Position numbers and translations under genes: made by a program
Part shown: one piece after another, positions 1-9,500 of the stretch
How positions within the stretch are numbered: the first letter of the stretch is position 1
How the letters are laid out: each line of letters starts with the position of its first letter
Source of the DNA: Bugula neritina
Lineage: Eukaryota > Animalia > Bryozoa
NCBI GenBank assembly: GCA_964035545.1
Contig: CAXIUT010000226.1
Location: forward strand, 1 to 14,819
Length of the DNA stretch: 14,819 nucleotides
Direction of reading: 5' to 3'
Notes under the pieces: model-generated
Database searches by the model: none
The model's input: the letters and a program-made list of their open reading frames with translations, nothing else
What the model was told of the DNA's origin: nothing

Positions 1-75
1 CCCAACCCCAACCCCAACCCCAACCCCAACCCCAACCCCAACCCCAACCCCAACCCCAACCCCAACCCCAACCCC
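1..75 (+). repeat. Left terminal telomere (CCCCAA)n
   Basis: Perfect C4A2 repeats at the 5' end, in the orientation expected for a left chromosome end (Tetrahymena/oligohymenophorean-type repeat). Confidence 0.97.
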
Positions 76-202
76 TCCCAGTAATCCTCGATACTTGCTG
101 TGAAGTATATTTATCATAATTTTGGCTAGGTTCGTCATTAATTCCAAAGGAATGCAACAAAGGTATCGATGTATTCTTTGTCGGCTCAGTTAGATTTTTC
201 AT
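76..202 (-). CDS. 5' fragment of an unknown gene, truncated by the left telomere
   Basis: ATG at 202; reads MKNLTEPTKNTSIPLLHSFGINDEPSQNYDKYTSQQVSRITGR with no TGA before running into the telomere. It is more GC-rich than the intergenic DNA and starts 83 nt downstream of the preceding gene's stop. Confidence 0.45.
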
Positions 203-285
203 TACTTTAAAATTTAACTATAGAACTCTAGATTATAAATAGTTATCAGTATAAAAACAAGATAAAATAATTATTAATCATAGTA

Positions 286-824
286 TCACTTTCCAAATAT
301 ATTAACATCGTTATAAAATGTTCTCTTCATCTATTTTTGATCGATTCTCACCTTCCTTTGCATACGATTCTCTACACTATACTCCCTATCAGATACAGAA
401 TTGTTCTGATAAAATGTTTTGATTCCCATCATCTTTATTGCCTCAGGATTATGTCTGATCTCATTATTATGAACACGTTCTGCTCTTGGCAAAGGCTCAG
501 TAGGCTTGAAATCCATTGTTCTAATTTTGCTCTATCGAAGGTGCCAATGTTGAATAGGAGGCACTCGATGACAAGATGGTCTGAATGGTTTTTAAAAACT
601 ATTAGGCTAGTGATAATGAACACGACCAGTGACTACTCTTTGATCTGGTAGTTAGAAATCTAGATAGAATGGATAATACTAGTTTTGATGAGGTCTTTAC
701 GAGGTGAAAATTGAATAGTTCTCGGAAATCGTCGACTACGTTGACCATCCCATTCAGGAGTATCACTGTACTTGCGTAAAGGAACACTGTTTGACATTTT
801 GGGCTAGATAGTGCTGTAGTTCAT
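286..824 (-). CDS. Hypothetical protein, 172 aa, one 20-nt intron (660-679)
   Basis: ATG 824 to TGA 288-286. Removing GTATTATCCATTCTATCTAG gives a 519-nt ORF (MNYSTIEPKMSNSVPLRKYSDTPEWDGQRSRRFPR...FYNDVNIFGK*) with TAR read as sense. Confidence 0.75.
660..679 (-). other. 20-nt spliceosomal intron
   Basis: GTA...TAG with A at position 15; its removal joins the ATG frame to the downstream coding frame. Confidence 0.75.
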
Positions 825-966
825 TTAAATAAAATTAACAATATAGATAACTTATATCCAAAATAAAGAAAAAGAACTAAAATAATTAGATTTCTTCTTT
901 TATTTATTTGATGCTATTTTATTGATTTTATAAAGGTTGAGAGTTGGTGATTATTATAATTGATTG

Positions 967-1945
967 ATGTTTCTCACCAAAAAGAACGTACCTAATAAAC
1001 AAAAAACAACCAAAAACAAACCACTAGCAGGTACGACTACAATCATATAGGTTGGTAAGATGATGAATAACCTCAACAACAAAAATAGATGAAAAAGTAA
1101 TCAAAGCCTACCCAACAACAAGTCAACCTTTTATAATCCGATCTCTCTCCTAAAAAATAGTAAAATAATCTTCCTTAGCTTTCCACCTAACTCCACTAGC
1201 AACCTCAACTGCCTTACCACAACTGGGACAACTTAAATGATCGAAACGACATGTATATTTCCTCTTATATAGTAACTGCTAGAAACAACTAGTGTAAAAT
1301 ATCGTACAGATGGGAGGGATCAGAATAAAACCAAGTGATAACTTGCTAGCATAATTTATCAAGTAGATTAGAGGAATGGAAAGTATAATAATTGGATCAC
1401 TACTTCTGAGCAAACTAGAAGTCAACTATCACTTCCAAATCAAAGCTAAAACTCTCTATACTATCTAATTCCTATGTAAAAAGAATCAATAATATCTAAA
1501 ATACTTCAAATTCCATGCAGACAAAATCAAGTAGTTCCCAGAACCATAGTAAAATATCTAAAACTATAAAAAGTTACAAAAAATAGTACTTAACCTCATA
1601 GGTGCCCCATCAAGTCCATAACGATCATAACAAAAAAAACAAATATTTATTGACCCACACTATTGCCATGAACCTAAATCATAACTGAGCGCATTTATCT
1701 AGAACAGCGCCAACAAAACAAAGAAATCATAATCAAAGAAACCAATAATAGGTCCAGGACAAGCAAAAGTAAAACTACTAGCAAAACAACAATAATAAAA
1801 CAAACAAAAATAGCTAAACATTCTATAATAATCCTAAAACACAAAACATTAAGAACCCATAAGTCCCCAAAAGAACCACATCGACTAAAACATAAATAAC
1901 CTCATCGATATTCCCTCAGCAAATGCTTAAAATGATCTAATTTGA
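967..1945 (+). CDS. Tepsin/MTV1-like VHS/ENTH-type domain protein (AP-4 accessory-like), 312 aa, two 20-nt introns
   Basis: ATG 967 to TGA 1943-1945; 939 nt after removing introns 1031-1050 and 1253-1272. The core CEKQLVENIVQMGGIRIKPSDNLLAEFIKEIRGMESIIIGSLLLSKLEVNYHFQIKAKTLYTIEFL resembles the second domain of tepsin/plant MTV1 (EEKLLETIVTSGGVRLQP...WQVRMKALCVLEAIL, recalled). Confidence 0.7.
1031..1050 (+). other. 20-nt spliceosomal intron
   Basis: GTACGACTACAATCATATAG; without splicing the frame hits TGA at about 1090. Confidence 0.85.
1253..1272 (+). other. 20-nt spliceosomal intron
   Basis: GTATATTTCCTCTTATATAG; its removal puts the tepsin-like domain in frame. Confidence 0.85.
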
Positions 1946-2029
1946 CCATTTATAAGAGCATTCATTTTAATCTCAAAAAACATATCTTAACATTATTTAC
2001 AAAATAGAGCATACATCGATAAATTATCA

Positions 2030-2701
2030 TCAGCAGATAAAAAATCTACCATTTCGCAACTTCTGACCCATCTACTCACTTCCCCCATCATTTTCATCAT
2101 GATTGTAGCATTCTATACACTAGCACTCCTTTGTACACTTCAAACCCGCGCTATAACATTCGCAATACTTCTTCATGCATTTGCTCTTTTTGCAGTGACA
2201 GCGACGACCTAGCTCCACCTTCTCCCACTTCCGACTCCGTTGCTCGTGAATTTTGTTGGCTTCTTTGTTATGACAGTCATCACAATAACATATACTTGGA
2301 TCGCATATCACTCCCATCTTCAAACATTCGCAGTAATTCTTTTCACACTTAGAGTTCTTGCAATTACAGCCCTTTCTGTTGGTATCTACCACCTTAAAAA
2401 CCATTTTACTGCTCGACACTGGCTACTATTTCATGATGCTAACGGTATGTGTGTTCGACCCAGAAAGCGCACTATCCTCCGAAAGTAAGTTCTATTAAGA
2501 CCCAAGATATTACTCTTCTTCCATAGAATTCTAGACGAAAGGACTGTTCATTTGAGGAGTGAAATGGACCAATTCATTGAATATCGATGGTTGTTAAGAT
2601 TAAGAAACATCTGATTAAACTATTGCTAGTTCATCGACCATGGGACTCATGGTTTGCCATTTCTTAACTGGAGTATTAAAATTAGATTTTCCTTTCTTCA
2701 T
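2030..2701 (-). CDS. CRC-domain (tesmin/TSO1/LIN54-like CXC) DNA-binding protein, 223 aa
   Basis: ATG 2701 to TGA 2032-2030, followed by a second TGA. Two CXC motifs: CNCKNSKCEKNYCECLKMGVICDPSICYCDDCHN and CHCKKSKCMKKYCECYSAGLKCTKEC[TAG]CIECYN. The second motif is only completed if TAG is sense. Confidence 0.9.
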
Positions 2702-2773
2702 TATTTATTAACTGTTTAATAAATTTGTCATACCGCTATAATAAATAAAACCACACACTTATACAATTAAACT

Positions 2774-4191
2774 TCAATCACTACCTACAATTTCCTAAGA
2801 AATCAACCTCTTGTAAGGATAAATACTACTACGATGACCGTCAGACCAGACAACTGCCACTGCATAGTTCCCTTTCTCCTAGATTCTGGTAGGATACACT
2901 TCAGCATCAATCTATTCCTTCTTTATCAGCATTGCTCCGCTTAGCTCATCGATACAACCTGCGCAGCGACATGAAACTCGAAGGTTGTAAGGATGGATTT
3001 TTTTCTTCTTTCCATCGTATTCCACCAGTACTGTTCGAGTAGCTGTATCATAGTGGACTATGGTTCGAGGTTTTGCTTCTATTTCCAATTGTTTGGTAAC
3101 TTTATTGCAAAATTATGAATATAATATTGATAGTTGATGTTGAGGCGGCAAGACCAATGTAATTGGAGTGCCATTGTCAGAATACCTTGATATTTCACCC
3201 ATCAATGGTATTTTAGTAGTGTTCTGCATAAATAAAGAACTACTTCGATACCAAACTGCTCAACTATCATCTGAGTATATCCCCTTCCAAAAACAAGATC
3301 CTAAGACCCACATTTTCCACACTGATAGTAACTCATATTTTCCACGATTCCTAGAATAGGAACTCTCAACTCCTGAAACATTTCGATTCCCTTAATCACA
3401 TCAATAAAAGCCAAACGCTGAGGAGTAGTCACTATCACTCCACCATCAAAATTGATCTCTTGGCATAAACTCAACTGAATATCTCCTGTCCCTGGAGGCA
3501 TGTCCACCACTAAATAGTCCAGCTCTCCCCAATGAGTCTGATACAACAATTGCGATACTATCTGAGAAACCATTGGTCCTCGCATAACTGCTGATTTCTG
3601 ACCAGCAAATCCAAAAGACATACACTTCATTCCTTCATACTCAATCGGCTCGATTTCTTTCTCGTTTTCTACATAGGGTCTTAATGATTAATTTTCTTTG
3701 TTGATAAGAGTGGGAAGTGAAGGTCCATAGATATCAGAATCAAAAATACCAATTTTGAATCCTTTGTTTTTCAAAGTAGCAGCAATATTGATAGCTATTG
3801 TACTCTTGCCTACTCCTCCTTTACAACTAGATACAGCAATTATCTTCTTTATGCCTGTCATGTTTCCCTTACGAGTAAATTTACTCTCCTTCGTCTTGGC
3901 AGCAAGAGATATATCTATATCAGAAAATCCACTCTTCTCTAACTAGCTTTTCAAAAGACCTTTTATACGTCTGTAATCTTTGTTCAGATTCAGGGATATT
4001 CTAACTTTCTTGGTTTATGGATCCATATGCTGACTAACCAATACTCCAGAATCAATCAAATCACTTGGCTTTCCTTAAACTTAGACAGATAATTTTTGCA
4101 GAACTTCCTTTAGCTTTTAAGAAGTACTGAACCGATACCCTTGAAAGTTGATTAGATGTTTGGTTAAGTAGCTAAATGATTTAGTAAACAT
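2774..4191 (-). CDS. HCF101: HCF101-type Mrp/NBP35 Fe-S cluster carrier ATPase (DUF59-like N-term, P-loop, C-terminal DUF971/GBBH-like domain), 465 aa, probably mitochondrial
   Basis: ATG 4191 to TGA 2776-2774, intron 3224-3243. Motifs: IIAVSSCKGGVGKST, DSDIYGPSLP, MRGPMV, WGELDYLVVDMPPGTGDIQL, VTTPQ, GIVENMS, CGKC, and C-terminal LRVSCRCAGCIDELSG...GNYAVAVVWSDGHRSSIYPY. Confidence 0.92.
3224..3243 (-). other. 20-nt spliceosomal intron
   Basis: GTAGTTCTTTATTTATGCAG; required to keep FGIE|NTTKIPL...SDNGTP in frame. Confidence 0.9.
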
Positions 4192-4222
4192 TGAACTATA
4201 AACAACAACACATAATAATCTA

Positions 4223-6247
4223 TCAAGAAATCACTCCTCTCTCCATAATAGCCAATATTCTTGGAAACTCCTTCTTCTTTATTGCCTCTCGACAAGCTAC
4301 AATCATCTCCTACTTTGATTTACCATAACGAACATTTGCTGTCTGATTTATAAATTGACCAAGAATTTTCAACTACTCAGATAGCTGTTTCGTATTCTGG
4401 TTTTTCTTCTAGATTTATAACAATAAATTTCGATTAAAACCCATAATCTAAGTATATGTTCTTCTCAATTCAGGCATAGCACTCACACAACGAGCACTTT
4501 ATCCCTTAACTAACATAAATTTTATGTTCTCAATAGCATCAGCCATCTATGAAGAAATAGACACCTTAGCCTGACTCAACTTTTATATCACAGACAATGT
4601 CTTAATCAATTTGACCTTTTACTTTGGAAACCATATTTAAGAATCCAACTATTTTACTCCTATATATTCAACCAAATCTTGAAAAATATCACCCAAAGTC
4701 TTCATACAATCACAATATATTTCCACCTTACTCTCTTTAGTCAAAAAAACCATCTACAATCCAACTTTATCATACACATTATAAAATTGAATCTTCATAT
4801 TAGCTGCATTTTAGTATTTTGTTTGTTGCTATTCGCTCCACTTCAAAAAGAAACACTGTTTGATCCATTTTATATAACGAGCTGTCCTCTATACACAACG
4901 AAAACGCATACCACCTTCAATAGTATCAGTCAGTTCAGGATGATGACCGAATTTCCAAAACTTAGGTAAAGTTATTTTAAATCCTCTTGCCTAGTATACT
5001 TTTGATGTGTAGCTAGAATGAACAAGAGCAAAACAAATTATCTAACCGTATATCATGTTTTCAGCCTTAAAGAGATATTTGACTTTCTGAAGACGATCAA
5101 AACTCACAGGCATAATCGGCTATTCAAACGTAAGACCACTAATGAACCCATTGAAACACTAAATCAGCAAAGTAAGTCCCTCTTTCTAGTGATGAAGAAA
5201 TGTCTAAAAGTTGAAATCATTCTTTAAAATAACATCGTCTTCAGTATCTTTACCTTCCTGCTAGGAATTAGCCAGTTTCTATTCCAGTTACTTTATTTAA
5301 AACTGTACATTCAATTTTTAATTCTGCAAAGCTTAAAAACTCTGAAATTCCTGTTTGATTTAATCAGCCACTTCTTTCTTATTTATTTTTTTAACTTCTT
5401 CATGCATATTGAATCCACTCACCTTCCCAGATTTTAGCACGAAAATCAACTGATCATTTTTCTCTTCCCTGAAATCATAAATATGCATACTGATTAACTC
5501 CTCCTGCAATTTCATCTTAAACACTGTCTCTCCCTTCCCCTTCCAATCTTTCAACTCGATCAGTCCATCTTTTCGACCAATAATAGCCAAAATTGTTCCA
5601 TCGACACTATATGACATCACTTTAAACACAGAATGATTCGATTTAGCTTTCCACTTAGATTTTTTACCTTAGTAATAAGCCACTATTCCCTCCTATGTTC
5701 CAACCAATATCCCATCACTCAAACAACAAATACTATTAGCCTTACCAACAATCTTTCCATAATCAAGTGCAATATTGACCCCTCGATACCTCATCATGGT
5801 CAAATCACTTAACGCAACCACCAACTCTTTATTTCCTTTGAACTAAATCGTAGTTACAGCTTAAATAAGTGAAGCACAGTGATTGACATACTACTCCTCT
5901 CCCTTATCATTATAACAGAACAAATCACATCCACAAATAACATAGATAAACTTCGGTTCCACAAATAGAAATCTAGCATTCTAGAATTCCAAACTAAACA
6001 GTTAGTTATTATTAATCAAATCGAAACAACTCAACTGATATCGACTCAGCAACAATATCTGTGTATTATTAAGCGAATCCATGGCAAGTATATCTCTTCT
6101 GATGGGAAGCGGCGTACTTTCAGTTTGAGAATGAGCTATCAGTTGGTTAGATGGATTTTGGTAGAGAATGGTCGGCTGAGGTATTGATAGTATAGTTGAT
6201 AAACGAGGCTAATGTACCAATTTGTTTGACCAACTATTCTAAAGCAT
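4223..6247 (-). CDS. BBS2: Bardet-Biedl syndrome 2-like BBSome subunit (divergent), 674 aa, intronless
   Basis: ATG 6247 to TGA 4225-4223, an uninterrupted 2025-nt ORF. Has WKAKSNH, GETVFK and YDFR..DQLI in the propeller. The C-terminus GDIFQD...FP...EMAD...LVKGESAR...NRNLL...LK...VRYGKSK...ACREAIK...MERG matches the BBS2 C-terminal pattern (RLRVGKPKNQVITACRDAI). Confidence 0.85.
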
Positions 6248-6312
6248 TCAATTTATTATCATCAATATATATGATATGAATCTTATCTTATTATTTTTAT
6301 TTTATATGGAAC

Positions 6313-6402
6313 GGGGTTGGGGTTGGGGTTGGGGTTGGGGTTGGGGTTGGGGTTGGGGTTGGGGTTGGGGTTGGGGTTGGGGTTGGGGGTTGGGGTTGGG
6401 TT
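6313..6402 (+). repeat. Interstitial telomeric tract (GGGGTT)x15, 90 nt
   Basis: 12 perfect units followed by G5T2, G4T2 and G3T2; right-end orientation. Confidence 0.97.
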
Positions 6403-6410
6403 CAAAAATG

Positions 6411-6430
6411 GTATCTCTTCTTTTACCAAG
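6411..6430 (+). other. Probable 20-nt intron
   Basis: GTATCTCTTCTTTTACCAAG: pyrimidine-rich, A at position 15, AAG acceptor; the upstream exon is mostly missing. Confidence 0.55.
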
Positions 6431-6558
6431 CACACCTCTACGAATAAATGAATAAACTATACCCTCTATCCAATGGATAGTGCATAGTCAATGACAAAGT
6501 TAGCTTCAATACTGAAGCATTTTTCTCAAATACGACACAAAAATATCATTCAGTCAAT

Positions 6559-6578
6559 GTATAATTAAAAAGATTTAG
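6559..6578 (+). other. 20-nt intron
   Basis: GTATAATTAAAAAGATTTAG, A at position 15; joins YHSVN|VDLTISIN in the NT-C2-like domain. Confidence 0.7.
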
Positions 6579-9500
6579 GTTGATCTTACGATATCTATCA
6601 ACACAGTCAGTGGTAAAAATAGTTGCTGGTGTTGTGTCTTTTAATGCCAGCATAGAAGAACTAAGTTACACTTCTTCTTAAAAGATGTTCAGATAAGAAA
6701 GCTACCATTACTATGAACATAAGTTATTAGATGATGTCCAAAATAAAAGATATTTAGTAAAATTAGATGAAATAAAAATAATTTTTGGTATAAAGTGCAG
6801 TAAAGAAGACATAAATAGTCAGAACTCCAATCTCTATAGTTTCTAAAATGTAAAAATATTCAAGTTAAAAGAAAAAATAGAAATTCTGCAAGTAAAATAA
6901 GTCTACATCAACCTAAAAGCAACTTTAATGACTCAAGATACAGATAGCTAGAATAAAGTCATTAGCGTAAAATAAGAATGTTAAAATAATAAAAAAGAGA
7001 TCTATAATAAGAAATATAAAGATACAGATAAAAATATCGACACTCTTAAAGAAAATAAAAAGAATCTAACAAACACAATAAAAGATCTAAAATAAACAAA
7101 CTAAAAAAAACGACTAAAAATATTATAACTATAACAAAAATAATAAAAAAATGAACAACAAATATACGATATTTAAAAAAAAATCAAAACAATATCAAAC
7201 AAGAACTAAAATAATCAAAATAAATAATAACACTTTTATAGAATAAAATATCATCAGTTTAAAAGAAAATATAAATTAGATAACATACTACTAGTGATAG
7301 GTAAAAGAAATTATCATAAAAGATATAGAAATTAGAGAAAGATAGAAAAAAATATTTTAGAAGATTATAATGCGCTTATAGAACAAATGGAAAGTCAAGA
7401 AAAAAATCATCAAAATAATCTTAAAAATAGATAAAAAAAATATATTTAAGATAAAGTTACATGGAAATAAAGTTCAGATATTATGAAAACATAATTAGAA
7501 ATTAAATAAAAGAAAAAATTAATAATTAGAAACTAAACTCAAATCTCTTACACAGACATAAAGCAACCTTCTACTCAAACTAACCACTATTTAGCTAGAA
7601 CTATCACAGATCCAATCTACATTCTAAGTCAAAAAATACAACTTTAAAGATAAAAGTTTAACAAGGAAGAAATGCAAAGATAACTCAATTAACTTCAAGG
7701 AGTATAAAGCGATAAGAGCAGTATAAAGAAGAAATACAACTAAAAAAGCTCAATCAGAATTGAAAATTAAATAAAAAATATGATAAACTTAACTTAGATT
7801 ATACCTAACTTAAAGAAACAAATAAAGTTCACTAATAACAGCTAGAATAATACAAAAAGTAAAAGAAAAAAATCAGCCACCAGCTGACATAACTTGAAAA
7901 ATCAAGAAGCCACTCTCGACCTAGAATACAATAAACTGACAAAATTAAAATAATGCTTTATCATTCTAAAAATACATACCTCAATGAAAGACTAAATGAC
8001 CTTAAAACCAAATCATAACAGCAGTAAAGAGATGCTGTTGAATTTGAACAAAACAATAACAATAAAATATACTCCATTCTCCAAGCCAAAGAATATTTAT
8101 AAGCTGATATTTAGGATTTAAAATGGACTCTTGAAAACGAAAGAAAGAACCTATTAGATTCATAGAGAAAGCTAAAAGACAAAAACTAATAAATAATATA
8201 AAAATAATAAAAAACATTAAGACTAAATGAAGAAATACATATAGCTCGAAGACAACATGAATAAGATTATCTAAATATGTAAAAATTGAAAGATTGATAA
8301 GATAACTAAAAAAGAAATAGAGAGATTTTTCATAACAAAATAAATAAAAGGATAGAAAAATATATTAGCAAACAAAAAAGATGGCATAAATATAACAATA
8401 ATATTTTATCAATTTATCTAAACTTAAAAATAGTATTCTGAATCATAATAAAATTTAAATTCTAAATTAAGTTCTTTTAGTGATGTAAAAAATGATTATG
8501 AAATTAGTCAAAGAAAATTGATAACTTTACAAAGAGATAATTTGATTAGCTTGAAGACAATCATCGAGATATGTAAAGAAATATGAAAATGAAAACTATC
8601 AACTTATAATAATCATAAAAAACTTGTTCTTAATTTTAAATCAAATGTTTATAACTAACAAAAAATAATGATTCTTTATTGAAATAAATATAGTTAACTC
8701 GTTCTACTTTAGGTTTAACTGAAAAATAATCCACTCAAACGATTTCTTCTTTAACTAATAAAGTTGAAGAATATTAAAAGGACTATAAAATTGAGATTAA
8801 ATGATATATAAGCATATAAAAAGGCCATGGAACAACTCTTCTTAATAATATCAAGTTAAAAGTAAAGCAACTAAGAATTAATAGTTGTTCCTGATGTAGG
8901 TCTAGCTAAAAATCAATTATAAGCTGTTATGAATAGAAATAAACAAATAAGTAAATTTACATAGACTAACGTCGAACTAGGAGTCTAAAATACATATCTT
9001 CTTAAATAGAATTAGCAAAAACAAATAACTTACAAGCAAAGTAAGAATAAATATAAAAAATGGTTAAAGAACAAAAATAGAAAATAAAAGAGTTAGAATA
9101 AAACTGGAAAAAATAAGAGTAATAGTATCAAGTAGAAATAGATCTGCATAGAAATAAATAAATAATTTACAAATATAAAAATAGAAATTATAGAATAAAA
9201 ATAAAGGAATTAAATAAAGGTTATAAGAATAACAATAATAGAGATAAAACTAGTCAAAAATAATTATAAAAAGCAAAATAGAGTATAAGAAAATTTATAG
9301 AATAAAATTTTATAAATAAGATAAAGATAAATAAACAAAAAAAATGAAGATAGTACTTAAATAAGTAAACTAAAACTATAATTTAACAGTTAAATTTAAT
9401 TAATGAAATAAAAATAAACGACCTTCTTAAAGAAAAATAATCATCATAAAAGATATCATCATAAAAATAAAAAAGCATAACCTCATTGAAAACTAAAATA

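Noticed and set aside
2423-2513. Possible 18/21-nt and 22-nt GT-AG introns in the CRC gene
   Set aside because: The ORF is open without them, and they do not fit the 20-nt GTA/A15 pattern.
2799-2813. GAAATCAACCTCTTG resembling the Tetrahymena chromosome breakage sequence TAAACCAACCTCTTT (12/15)
   Set aside because: It lies inside the HCF101 CDS, has a core mismatch and is far from any telomere junction.
286-6247. Standard ciliate code TAR=Gln, or split code TAA=Lys/TAG=Glu
   Set aside because: Conserved Gln residues use CAR only, and both TAA and TAG occupy conserved Glu columns in BBS2 and the tepsin-like domain.
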